From Rebecca billardiae RCC1528 (Eukaryota > Protista > Haptophyta), in NCBI GenBank assembly GCA_965240325.2, contig OZ251234.1, forward strand, positions 2,170,001 to 2,234,000: a DNA stretch of 64,000 nucleotides, read 5' to 3'. Positions 24,673-35,600 of the stretch are shown here, one piece after another. The notes under the pieces were generated by a model. The model did no database searches, had not been told where the DNA came from, and saw nothing but the letters and a program-made list of their open reading frames with translations. The position numbers were made by a program, and so were the translations under genes. Within the stretch, counting starts at the first letter, position 1; every line of letters begins with the position of its first letter.

Positions 24673-25631
24673 GTCCGCCGGCGCGTCCGCCGCCGGCGCG
24701 GCGGCGGACGCCTCGCTCGACTCGCTGCCGGCCTCGCAGCGCGAGCGCGTGCTCGGCATCGCCGACGCGTCTCGCGAGCGCGCGGCCGCCGCGGCCGCGC
24801 ACGGCTCGCGCTCGCACGCGCTGGGCGGGCGCGAGCTGCGCGCCCTCTGGCGCGCCTTTGACGCGCGCGGCCGCGGCGGCGCGCCGGGCGAGCTGGCCGC
24901 GTCCGAGCTGGGCGCGCTGATGGCGAGCCTCGGCATGCAGCTCTCCGCCGAGCAGGCGCAGACGTGCGCGCGCGCCCTCGCGCCCGCGCGCCAGTGCGCC
25001 CGCGCGCCGCCCTCGCCGCCGCGCGCTCAGCCGCCCGCCCGCCTGTGCCCATGCTGCCGTGCACGCGTGTGTGCGCGCGCGTGTGCGCGCGTGTGCGCGT
25101 GTGTGTGCGCGTGCGCGCGCGTGTGTGTGCGCAGGCTGCGCGCCCGGCTGGACACGCGCGGCACCGGCAGTGTCGAGTTCGCAGCGTGGCTCGAGTGGTA
25201 CGCCGAGCGCATGGCGGTGAGCGCGCACGCGCACGCGGCCCACGCCGCGCGCGCCGCGAGCGGCTGCCGGAGCGTGCGCACTCGCTCACACGCCGTGCGC
25301 TCACACGGCCGCCCGCCCGCTGCCGCTGCGCCCGCTGCCGCTGCGCCCGCTGCCGCTGCGCCAGGCGTTCGAGGAGGCGGAGGCGGAGCGCGAGGCGCAC
25401 CGCCCCTCGCCGCCACCGCGCGCTGCCCGGCTGCTCCTCGCGTGGGCGCTCTCGCTCGCCGCCCTCGGCGTGTGCGCGTGGGCGGCCGTCAGCGTGGGCG
25501 GCGCGTTTGGGGCCGCGCGCTTCGACGCGCTGTGCGCCGCGTGGGCCGTGGCGCTCTGCCAGACGTTTGTCGTGATCGAGCCCGTCCTGATCGGAGTGGG
25601 CGTGCTCGTGCCCATCCTCTTCCTCCACTGA
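2826..25631 (+). CDS. Giant polycystin-1/REJ-like cell-surface protein (~7,391 aa). Exons 2826-2980, 3182-12496, 12607-24963, 25135-25216, 25365-25631
   Basis: ATG 2826 gives a signal peptide (CWLALAVLIIVSILLPLACA). Four GT-AG introns (2981-3181, 12497-12606, 24964-25134, 25217-25364) are phase-compatible and give a 22,176-nt ORF. Domains read from the translation: Pro/Ser repeats; LRRs; IPT/TIG (PPGGPVAGGTRVTVFGTGF); REJ-like (SIDASSSYDP, NRPPYGGALTVQPASGGRALETLFTL...GWTDD..PLEYAF); GPS (CHFWD..WSTDGC..YCACTHLTDF); TM helices; an EF-hand pair; final TMs ending FVVIEPVL. Confidence 0.8.
3519..6370 (+). repeat. Coding minisatellite, 39-bp unit (SGGSPPASTPPPP / KSGSPPASTPPPP), ~73 copies
   Basis: Unit TCGGGCGGGTCGCCTCCTGCGTCCACGCCACCGCCGCCG repeats with few variants; span 2,852 bp / 39 = ~73. 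Confidence 0.95.
6400..12083 (+). repeat. Extensin-like Ser-Pro(3-4) coding region with higher-order repeats (e.g. 330-bp units near 8590/8920/9250)
   Basis: SPPP/SPPPP runs with recurring EGSPPPPPPPNSPPRAPPPSS blocks; identical CCTAGCCC landmarks are exactly 330 bp apart. Confidence 0.9.
12130..13350 (+). other. Plant-type leucine-rich repeat domain (~15-16 x 24 aa) of the giant protein, split by intron 12497-12606
   Basis: Repeating LxxLxLxxNSLxGxIPTEVG consensus; 15 PTE/PTQ motifs; Cys-containing caps (YWYSDC..VC; LMCGG..LPAC). Confidence 0.9.
14900..18460 (+). repeat. 12 tandem ~100-aa Cys-containing beta-rich repeats (GD.A.W...C...L.LCY.F..EP..LY)
   Basis: LCY/LCF motifs near 15125, 15440, 15725, 16030, 16325, 16610, 16920, 17205, 17515, 17800, 18100 and 18385, spaced ~290-310 bp. 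Confidence 0.85.
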
Positions 25632-26149
25632 GCCCGATGCACGCCGCGCGGCGCGCGTGTACACTACTACTGCTACGGCGTGTATACATCGTCCGCCGGC
25701 TGATGACTCAGCGTCAGCAGCCGCCGCGCGCGATGCATGCCGGCTGCGTGCATCATCGTCATGCTCTGATGGCGAGCCGCGCCAGCGAGCGCGCTAGCTA
25801 ATATGCTGTGTATATATATATATATATATATCGTAGTCGTACGTCCGGCCGGTGGATTTGCAGTTGGCGGCACACCTGTCTCTCCCTAAGCCAGCATCAC
25901 TACCAGCCAACTTCTTTATAGCACTCGCTTAGAGCCCATCGTCAGCATCATACGAATGTACCCCCAGCGCATATGCCGCGCCGAAAAAGACTGCTTGATG
26001 ATGATGACTTTTTGATGAGCTAAGCGTGATGCTGAAAATCATCACGACTGCACAAAAAAAACTAGCAGCCAAAGAATAATAAACCTTCGGCCAACCGCCG
26101 TCTCGCCGCGCGCGAGATGCTTGGCACGCGGGCGCGACCACCCTCGATC

Positions 26150-26572
26150 GATGGCGGCGACGACGCGCGCGCGCGCGCCACGGCGCGCTGCTCGGCAGCG
26201 GCGGCCGTGCGGCTGGCCGACGTGCCACCCGAGCTCGTCGCGCTCATCGGAATTCGGATCGATCCGAGGCCTCGCTCTCTTGGGGGCGCGATGGGGTTGC
26301 TCACGACGAAGGCGCCGAGCTGAGCCGAGGGGGATCGCCTGCAAGTCCGGGGCACTGCCGGGTGCACTCTCCGCTTGGCAGGAGCAGTGCACCGCAGTCG
26401 CCGCAGCCCCTCTGCTCGTTAAGGTCGCTGGCTGTCTGTGTGGCCCGGCTCCCCGCCGGATCGTTCGGCGGCGCGACGACATGATGATCTGTCCTCGGCC
26501 GCGTCGCCCCTCATGCAATAATGGCCTCTACTGCTTGCTCTCGCCGCTGTCACGTCAACCCGCACGCTTCAT
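26150..26572 (-). mobile_element. Diverged inverted copy of the internal part of the 48262-49820 element family
   Basis: CGTCAACCCGCACGCTTCAT, GGTCGCTGGCTGTCTGTGTGGCCCGGCTCCCCGCC and GCTCACGACGAAGGCGCCGAGCTG are reverse complements of sequence at ~48488-48760. Confidence 0.8.
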
Positions 26573-28621
26573 GGTTGTATAACCGCTCGGTTATGCGGGT
26601 ATAACTCACCGGTAGCCCTCATGAGGGCGGGCTGGCAGCCAGGGTCCGGCTGCCTGGAGGTTTTCCGGTCATCAAGCAGAGCCAGGCCCGGACTGGTGGG
26701 CGCGGGTCTGGATTCGCTCAGCAGCTCGGCAAGCGATGCGCGTCTGGGACTGGGTGCGGCCGCGCTCGCTGGCTGCACCCGCTGCGCGGCGGCCGGCGTG
26801 GCTGCTCTGGTCACCGCTGCGCTGGTGGCTGCCCCTCCTCTGGGAGTTGTTTCTTCCAGGTGCGTGTGCGTCGGCGGTAGGCCGCCCTCAGCCCTCGCTC
26901 TCCCCACTCGTGCACCTGCCCTGCTTGCTGCCAACGCGCGATCGGGCTGTCTGTCGCTTCTCTCTGCGAGGGCACCTCGGACCCCTCCGGGTGCTCTCTG
27001 CTTTCGATGGGGGCGCCTCGGAGCCGCTTCGAGGCGTCCCCGTCTGCAATCTCCTCCTGCTCTATCTGCTTTCGATGGGGGCGCCTCGGAACCGCTTCGA
27101 GGCGTCCCCGTCTGCAATCTATCTTCTCATGCTCTGCTTTCGATGGGGGCGCCTCGGAACCGCTTCGAGGCGTCCCCGTCTGCAATCTTCTCATGCTCTG
27201 CTTTCGACGGGGGCGCCTCGGAACCGCTTCGAGGCGTCCCCGTCTGCAATCTTCTCATGCTCTGCTTTCGATGGGGGCGCCTCGGAACCGCTCCCAGGCG
27301 TCCCCGTCTGCAATCTTCTCACGTTTCGCAGTCTCGCTTGCCTTCATCGCCTGGCGGGTGGGTGCTGCTCTCTCCTTCTCTGCCGCCTCCTCTGCAGTCT
27401 GCCGTGCACTGCTGTGTGTGGGATGCGACCTGCTACCTTATCTGACGCTACGCGTGCGTGTCTCGCGCCTGCTTCCCGCCTGCGCCGCCGCCGCCGCGCA
27501 TGTCTTCGTGCCCACTGTCGCATGCCGTCTGGATCGTCCTTACTCATACAACCCTGCAGGGAGCCCCTCTGGGCCTCTGCCGCCTTCGGTCCTCGCGCTA
27601 CCCCTTCGGCGGCCTCGGCCTCTTCGGGCCCCCGGCCACCACCCCTGCGGGGTGTGGCATTCCACACCTCCTTCTGGGTGGAGGCCCTCGAGGCCTCTGC
27701 CTCCTGCGGCGCCGCGCTCTGCCCAAACTTGCGTTGGGGGGGGGGGGCGTCGGCTGCCAGCGCCTGCGGTCTACGTGCTCCATCGAGTACTTCCTCTTCG
27801 GCGTCTAGGCGGTCATCGGCTTCTGTCGGCGTAGTTGCTCGTATGCATCGGCGAGTCCTTCCTGGTCGGCGTCGCATCCTGGACGGCTTCGGGGGTGTGA
27901 CCTAGTCACCTCACGCGTTTATCAACGCGGCCCCCACCTCAGTCTACTCTCATGTGGGTCTACCGAGTGAGTTATGGTTGTATAACCGCTCGGTTATGCG
28001 GGTATAACTCACCGGTAGCCCTCATGAGGGCGGGCTGGCAGCCAGGGTCCGGCTGCCTGGAGGTTTTCCGGTCGTCAAGCAGAGCCAGGCCCGGACTGGT
28101 GGGCGCGGGTCTGGATTCGCTCAGCAGCTCGGCAAGCGATGCGCGTCTGGGTGCGGCCGCGCTCGCTGGCTGCACCCGCTGCGCGGCGGCCGGCGTGGCT
28201 GCTCTGGTCACCGCTGCGCTGGTGGCTGCCCCTCCTCTGGGAGTTGTTTCTCCCTGCCCTCCCACCCTGCTGGTTGCTGGGTGGGCATGGCCTTGGGTGC
28301 GCGCGGTGTCGGGGGGGGTGGAGGCCCTCGAGGCCTCTGCCTCCTGCGGCGCCGCGCTCTGCCCAAACTTGCGTTGGGGGGGGGGGGGGGGGGCGTCGGC
28401 TGCCAGCGCCTGCGGTCTACGTGCTCCATCGAGTACTTCCTCTTCGGCGTCTAGGCGGTCATCGGCTTCTGTCGGCGTAGTTGCTCGTATGCATCGGCGA
28501 GTCCTTCCTGGTCGGCGTCGCATCCTGGACGGCTTCGGGGGTGTGACCTAGTCACCTCACGCGTTTATCAACGCGGCCCCCACCTCAGTCTACTCTCATG
28601 TGGGTCTACCGAGTGAGTTAT
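26573..28621. mobile_element. Head-to-tail dimer of a non-autonomous element with subterminal inverted repeats and a terminal hairpin (Helentron/HINE- or Replitron-like); units 26573-27975 and 27976-28621
   Basis: Both units start GGTTGTATAACCGCTCGGTTATGC and end CTCATGTGGGTCTACCGAGTGAGTTAT. The arrangement is AT-unit-AT-unit-AT. Subterminal IR at 26601-26625 pairs with 27949-27975; hairpin at 26577-26596. Unit 2 lacks the central ~800 bp. Confidence 0.75.
26998..27321 (+). repeat. Five tandem 64-68-bp units, each with a 14-bp hairpin
   Basis: Units start at 26998, 27066, 27134, 27198 and 27262; core GGGGGCGCCTCGGA-ACCGC-TTCGAGGCGTCCCC. Confidence 0.9.
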
Positions 28622-29411
28622 CGTCATCGTTTGCCCGCCCGCGCCCACCCTCGGCCTCTGAGTCTGGCATATATGCGCGGAATGGGATCCATACATACGT
28701 GCACTGCAGTGTCTGAGCGAGCATATATATATATCATCAGTGTCTGAGCGAGCATATCGATCGGACAAGCGTCAGGCTTCTAGTGTGACAACAGACACAT
28801 AGAATGCGTCCACGCCTTCCGTCCAGGTCAGACAGTGCGCCACCCGCAGCCCTGCCCCCCCTACGGCGGAGCGGGGCCGGGATCGGGAGCACCGCCTCGG
28901 CCTGGGGCACGTGGCGGCGACGGCCCGGAGATGCCGCCGCGGCCCGGAGCGCCTTCCGGAGCACTTGGATGAGGGCGAGGTCGTAGTCGATGTCGCCGCC
29001 CGCCGACCTAGCGGCGAGCAGCTCCGGCAAGCGGCAGCCGCGGCTGTCGCCCCCGTGCGCCCGAGTGGGCGCCTGGATGAGGATCAGGATGAGGTCGTAT
29101 TGTACGCGTCGCCGCGTGCCGGCCAAGCCGCAAGCGGCGCGGCGCGCAGCTGACTGATGCATTGAAGAGGCGGCGGGGCTTGGAGAGTGAGCGCGCCGCC
29201 TAGCGCGCTCTGGGCGATGAAGCAGATGAGGTGGTAGTCGATGTCGCAGCCCGGCCCGCCGGCGGGCTGCTGCAGATGCAGTGCTTGATGCTGGGGAACC
29301 TGGCCCCTGGGCTCGTCACACCCCATTATGATGACTATATACATGTATATACCGTTACGCGAGATATATCGATCTGCAATACCATCCGGCGCACAGCAGT
29401 CGCCAGCGTCA

Positions 29412-30008
29412 TCACGGATCATCATCGTGGGTTGTGTGCGGTGCGCGCGGCCAGAGCCTCGGCAGCGAGAACAAGCCGGCCGCCGCCTTGGCCGCCGCCT
29501 TGCTCGTCGCACCGCCGAGCCACGCCGCGCCGGGCAGCAGCGGCCCGACGCCGTCGTCGATCTGCTCGACGCCGCCGCCAAGCCCCTCGTCCGCGCGCAG
29601 CGCGCGCGCGGACGCGCGCAGCGGGTCGGCGGGCGGCGCGTGCGCCGTGAGCTCCTTGAGCAGCCGGAGCTGCGCGCCGTACCACACGCCCAGCGGCGCG
29701 CCCGGCTCGAGCGCGGCGCGCGCCTCGTGGTCGAGGTGCACGCTCGCGCAGTACGGCGCGTCGGGCGGCGCGTCGGCGCCGCGCGCGCGCGCGCGCGCGC
29801 GCGCGCGCGCCGCCCTTCGCGCCGCGCGCGGCCGCCGTCGCCGCGCGCAGCTCCGAGAGCGTGCAGACGAGGCGGCGCGCGCCTCGCTCGGGCGGCAGCG
29901 CCGCGTCCCAGCGCGCGACCTGCACGGGCGCGGCGCGCGCGCACTTGGGCGAGAGGCGCAGCGCGGGGCCGGCGCGCGGCTTGGCGCGCAGCCGCGCGCC
30001 CATCCCCG

Positions 30009-30040
<32 letters not shown>

Positions 30041-31101
30041 GCCGGCAGCCTGAGCGGCGCCAGCGCGCCCGGCCTGCGGCGCACCTCCCAGTAGGGCGCG
30101 CGCGTGTACGCGCTCTCGAGCAGCAGGGGAGCGCCGCCCCACGTGCCGTTGGCGTAGCAGCGCGCCTCGACGAGGGTCTGCACGATGGCGTCCCAGAGCG
30201 CGGGCTGGTCCTTCTCGCCGCACCGCTTCTGCAGCCACAGCCGCAGGAAGTGCCGCGCGTGCGCGTCCGCGCGCGCGCTCAGCTGGCAGCCGCACGCCAG
30301 CCACGGGCGCGCGTGCGCGTGCCACGGCTCCGCGACCGCGGCGAGCGGCCGGCCGAGCAGGACGGAGGCGGCGCGCGGCGGGAGCAGCGTGGCGAGCGCG
30401 TCGTCGTGCGGGAGCGCGCGCGAGAACGCCGAGTCCGCGTCCACCCACACCGCCGCGCTCACCCGCGCCTCCGCCAGCGCGAGCAGCATGGCCGCCACCT
30501 TGGCGTAGTGGGACGAGGGCGCGCGCGCGCCGCGCTCCAGGTGGGCGGCGGGCACGCACGCGCACGCGGGCGGCGTGCGCTGCAGCGCCAGGGGCAGCTC
30601 GCCGACCCAGACGTACTGCGACCACCCCGCCGCGCGCGCGAACAGCGCGTGGTTCAGCACGTGCGGGTACCACCGCGCCGCGTACGCGGGCGAGGAGAGC
30701 GCGCTCACGACCGCGGGCGCGCGCGGCCGCGGCGTGCCGACGGCGCGCGCGAAGACGGGGTGCTCGAGCGGCGGCGCGGCGGGGGCGATGCCGAGCTCGA
30801 TCGTCCGCGGCGGCGCACCCGCCGCGCCGCCGTGCAGCCGCAGCCGCATCACCGCGCGCGAGAGCGCGAGCTCGCCGAGCGGCAGCTCGAGCTCGGCGCG
30901 CGCGATCCCGGCCGCAATCTCGAGCCAGCGCGCTTCGTCAAAGGGCGGCGCGAGGAGCGAGCGGATGGTGCCGTTCCAGCCGCGGCGCGGGCACGCGGCG
31001 CCGCCCTCGCCCGGCCGCGGCGCCGCCGCGACGCGCACGCACGCGAGGCAGCACAGCGCGAGGCGCGCGCAGAGATTCATGCATGCGCGCCGGGGCGCCA
31101 T
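29412..31101 (-). CDS. Putative GT34/nucleotide-diphospho-sugar glycosyltransferase (GT-A fold), with an apparent frameshift at a (GC)15 run
   Basis: N-terminal signal/anchor (LALCCLACVRVAAA); HYAKVAAM..AVWVDADS (DxD motif); FLRLW..KDQPALW. The protein-like C-terminus continues in another frame (ORF 29412..29741) beyond 29781-29810. Confidence 0.6.
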
Positions 31102-31430
31102 GGTTGCGGGTATGGGTATGAGTGGGGCGCGCGGGTGTCCTCCCGTCAAGAACTCCTGTCCTGTGCGCAGTCTGGGGCGCTGGCTGCATCTTGGTGGGGC
31201 AAGAGTCCGGGAACTGGCCGAGCCCGAGAGCGATCGCCCGGACTCCGCTTGGGGCGGCCGCGCACCTGTTCAGCCGCGCCCCGTGCGAGGTGCTCGCGAG
31301 CTCGGCTGTCGCCTGTCCTTGGCCTGTCGTCGGCAGCTGCTCTGACCAGGAGTTCACTCGGGCCGCCGGCCACTCGGCCACCGAGCAGCAGCGCAGCAGC
31401 AGCAGCGGCGCCAGTGCAGCTGGTGCGGCG

Positions 31431-32636
31431 ATGAAGCAGCGCGCCTCGCCGCCCTCGCCGCCGCACGCGCGCACGCCGGAGGCGCGGCGCAAGGCGGGCG
31501 GCTGCCTCGACCTCCCCGGCTCGCCCGACCTCCCGCACGCGTACAACTCGCGCACGCGGCACGCGCGCGCCGATCTCTCGGCCAACGGCGTCTCGCCCGG
31601 CGCGCACGCCGCTGCCGGCTCGCCCGCGCGCGCGCCCTCGCCGCGCTCGCCCTTCTCGCCCTTCTCGCCGGGCGCGCCGGGCGCGGCGCTGCGCGCGGCG
31701 GCGCGCGACGGCGCGCTCGCCGCCGGCGCCCTCCTCCTCCTCGCCTCCGCCATCGCCGCCGCGCTCTTCGTGGCGCTGCACCCGGCGGTGGCGCGCGAGT
31801 CGCTCGCGCTGCTCGCCGCCGTGCGCGCGCGGCACGCGGTGGCGCTGGACGAGGCGGCGCGCGCGCACGTGGAGGGCGCGGTGGCCTCCGCGCTCGCCTC
31901 CGCGCGCGACTCCGCCGACGCCGCGTGCGCCGCCTCTGCCGACGCCGCGCTCCGCGCCACCCTCGAGCCCCGGCTGCTGAGCCTGTGGGAGCGCAGCCTG
32001 GCGCCGCGCGTGGACGAGCGGCTGGCGGCGGAGCTCGCGCCCGCGGCGGAGCGGGTGGGCGCGCTGGGGGCGGCGCTCGAGCGGGTGGAGCGGGCGTTTG
32101 CCGAGGAGCGCCTCGCCGCCGACGGCGCGCGAGCCGAGCTCCGCCGAGCAGCCGACGCGGCCGTGCGTGACGCGGCCGCGGCGCTGGCCATCGCCTCCGC
32201 CTCCGCCGCTGCCGCCGCCGCGCCGCCCGCCGCCGCCGCCGAAGGCGAGGGCGAAGGCGAGGCGCGCGCGGCCGTGGACGCGGCGCCGGCGAGCGCGCAC
32301 GCACGGGCGGCGCCCGACGCGTCCGCGGCGCTCTCCGCACGCCTCGCCGCCCTCGAGGGCTCGGTGGGCGCGCACGCGGCGGCGATCGAGGCGGCGGCGG
32401 CGGACGCGGCCGCGGCGCGCGCGGCCGCGGCCGACGGCGGCGCGGCCGCGGCCGCCGCGGCGGAGGAGGCGGCGGCGGCGATGGCGGCGACGGAGGCGTG
32501 CGGTGCGACGGCCGATGCCGCCGCGGCGGACGCCGCGGCGGCGCGCGCGGCCGCGTCCAACTGCACGCGCACCGCCGACGCGTCCGCCGCCACCGCCGCC
32601 GCGGCGGACGCGGCCGCCGCGTCCGCCGCCGCGTCG

Positions 32637-32680
<44 letters not shown>

Positions 32681-35600
32681 GGCGGAGGCGCCGTCGGCTG
32701 ACGGGGCAGGCGGCGCGGAGGCGCGGGTGGTGCAGCAGCAGCAGCAGCAGCAGCACGCCGCGGCGCAGCTGCTCGAGCGCGCCGCCGCGGCCGAGGCCGC
32801 CGTCGCCTCGGCCGCGGCGGAGGCGGAGGCGGCGGTGGCGGCGGCGGCGCGCCGCGCCGAGGCGGCGGCGGCCGACTCGGCCGCGGCCGCGGCGCGCGCG
32901 GCGGCGGCGGAGTGGGCGTCGGCGGCGGAGGCGTCGGCCGGCAAGGCGGAGGCCGCGCGCGCCGCCGCGCACGACGCCGCCTCCGCCGCCGCCTCCGCCG
33001 ACGCCGCCACCGCCGCCGCTGCCGCCAACGCCACCGCCTCGGCGCGCGCCGCCGCCGCCTTTGCCGCCGAGGCGGAGGCGGCGGTGGACGCGCGCGTGGC
33101 CGGCCTGCGCGCCGCGCTGCGCTCAGAGGCCGCGGCGCAGGCGGAGGCGGCGGCGCGGCAGCAGCGGGGCGCGGCGAGCGAGGCGGCCGCGAGCGCGCCC
33201 GCCGACGGCGCCGAGCCCGCCGCCGCCGCCGCGCTCGCGCAGCTCGAGCGCCGACTGGCGGCGGCGGAGGCGGCGGCCGCGGCCGCGCGCGCGGACGGCG
33301 GCGCGGCCTCGGACGAGGCCGCGGCGCGCGTGGCGGCCGCGGAGCGCGCGGCGAAGGCGGCGGCGGAGGCGGCGGGGCGCGCGACGGCGGAGGCGGCCGA
33401 GACGGCGTCGCGCGGCGGGGAGCGCCTCGCCGCCGCCCAGACGGCCGCCGCCTCCGCCGCCGACGCGGCGGCGGGCGCGGCGGCGCGCGCGGCCGCGGCC
33501 GAGGCCGCGGCGGACGCGGCGCGCGCCGCCGCGGCCGGCGCGGAGCAGGGCGCGGCGCGCGGCGCCGAGCGCGCGGCGGCGGCGGAGGCGGCGGCGGCGG
33601 CGACGTCCGAGGCGGCGGCGCGCGCGGCGGCGAACGCGACCGACGCCGCGGCGCGCCACGCCGAGCGCGTCGCCGCCGCCGAGGCCGCCGCCGAGGCGGC
33701 GGCCGCCGCCGGCGCGTCGGCGGCCGAGCGCGCCACCGCGGCCGCGGCCAGCGCGGCTGGTGCCGCCGACGCTGCCGCCGACGCGGAGGCGTCGGCGGCG
33801 ACGGCGGCGGAGGCGGCGAGCGGCGCGCTGGCCGGAGCGCACGACGCCGCCGCGCGGGACGCGGAGAGCCGCTCCGCCGCGGAGGCCGCCGCGGAGGCGG
33901 CGGCGACGGCGGCGGTCGAGGCGGCGGAGGCGGCGGCGGGCGCGATCGCGCGCGCCGCCGCGGCCGAGGCGGCGGCGGAGGCGACGGCGGCGGCGGCGGC
34001 GCGCGCGGCGGCGGACGCGGCGGAGGCGGCGGCGGAGGAAGCCGAGCGCGTGGACGCCGCCGAGACCGCCGCGCAGGCCGCCGCGGACGCCGTCGCCGCC
34101 GCCGCCTCGCGCGCCGCTGCGGCCGCGGCCAGCGCGGCCGCCGCCGCCGACGCTGCGGCCGACGCGGAGGCGTCGGCGGCGACGGCGGCGGAGGCGGCGA
34201 GCGGCGCGCTGGCCGGAGCGCACGACGCCGCCGCGCGGGACGCGGAGAGCCGCTCCGCCGCGGAGGCCGCCGCGGAGGCGGCGGCGACGGCGGCAGTCGA
34301 GGCGGCGGAGGCGGCGGCGGGCGCGATCGCGCGCGCCGCCGAGGCCGAGGCGGCGGCGGAGGCGACGGCGGAGGCGGCGGCGCGCGGCGCCGCGGCCGCG
34401 GCTTCGCAGGCGGCGGCCGCGGCGGCTGTGGCGGCTGAGGGCGCGGAGCGCGTGGCGGCGGCGGAGGCGGCGGCGTCGGCGGCGGCGGGCGCGGCGGCGG
34501 CGTCCTCCGAGCGCGTGGACGCGGTCGCCGCCACCGCCGCCGCCGCCACCGAGCGCGCCGCCGCAGCGGAGGCCGCGGCCGCCGCCGCGAGCGCCGCCGC
34601 CGAGCGCGCCGCCGCCGCCGCCGCCGCCGACGCGCGGCGCGGCGCGGAGGCCGAGGCGGCGGCGGCGGTGGCGGCGGCGTCGTCGGCGGAGGCGGTGGCG
34701 GGCGCGGGCGCGGCGGTGCGCGACGCGCGCGCCGCCGCCGAGCACGCCGCCGACGCGCGCGAGACCGCGAGCGCCGCCGCGGCCGCCGCGCAGCGCAGCG
34801 CCGCGGCGGGCGCGGCGGCGCCGCGCCAGCCGCCGGCCGCTGCTGAGGTGGCCGCCGCGGCCGCGGACGGCGGCGCGGCCGCGGCCGAGGCCGAAGAAGG
34901 GGCCGGGCTGCGCGAGCTGCGCGCGCAGCTGGGCGAGGCGGCGGGGCGCGTGCGCGAGGTGCAGGCCGAGCTGGGCGAGCTGCGCGCACAGCTGCGTGCC
35001 GCCAACGCCGCGCCGCCCTCCGGCGCGGATGGCGGCGCGCACGCGGCGGCGCACTCGGCGGGCGCCGCCGCCGCCGCTGCTGCGCCGCCGCCGCCAGAGC
35101 CGCCGGGCGCGCAGCCCGAGGCGGGCGGGAGCGGGGCCGGCGGCTGGCTGTGGGCGTGGGCGCGCCCCGACACCGCCGCCTCCGGCCCGACCGCCGCCAG
35201 CCCCACGGCCGCCGAGGCGGCGGCGGAGGCCGCGCCGCGCGCGCCCGCGGCCGGCGCGCGCGGCGGGTGCGCGGACGCGGACGCGGTGCAGGCGTGCGCC
35301 GCCGCGCTGGCCAACGCGAGCTGCGCGCGCGCGGTCGCCGCGGCGGAGGTGGCGGCGGCAGCGGCCGCGATCGCCGTGTCGGGCGCCGCGCGCGCGCCCG
35401 CACCGGCGGACGCCGCCGCCGCGCCCACCGCACACACCTACTGCGCCGGCGGCGCCCGAAGCGGCGACGCGGCCGGCGCCGCCGGTTCGGGCGCCGCCCT
35501 GTCCGAGGCTGCCGTGCGCGCGCTCGTCTCGGCCGAGCTGGACGTCTTCGCGGCGGACGGCGTGGCGATGCGCGACTGGGCGGCCGCCGCGCTCGGCGGG

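Noticed and set aside
12955-24861. Overlapping 1,700-3,200-aa Arg/Ala-rich ORFs
   Set aside because: High-GC off-frame artefacts of the polycystin-like CDS with no domain signatures.
25632-25801. Unspliced C-terminal extension of ORF 12497..25801
   Set aside because: It reads through GT-AG introns with CVCAC-type low complexity; the spliced model gives coherent EF-hand and TM segments ending at 25631.
26998-27321. CRISPR-like palindromic repeat array
   Set aside because: No unique spacers (linkers are near-identical), no cas genes, eukaryotic context.
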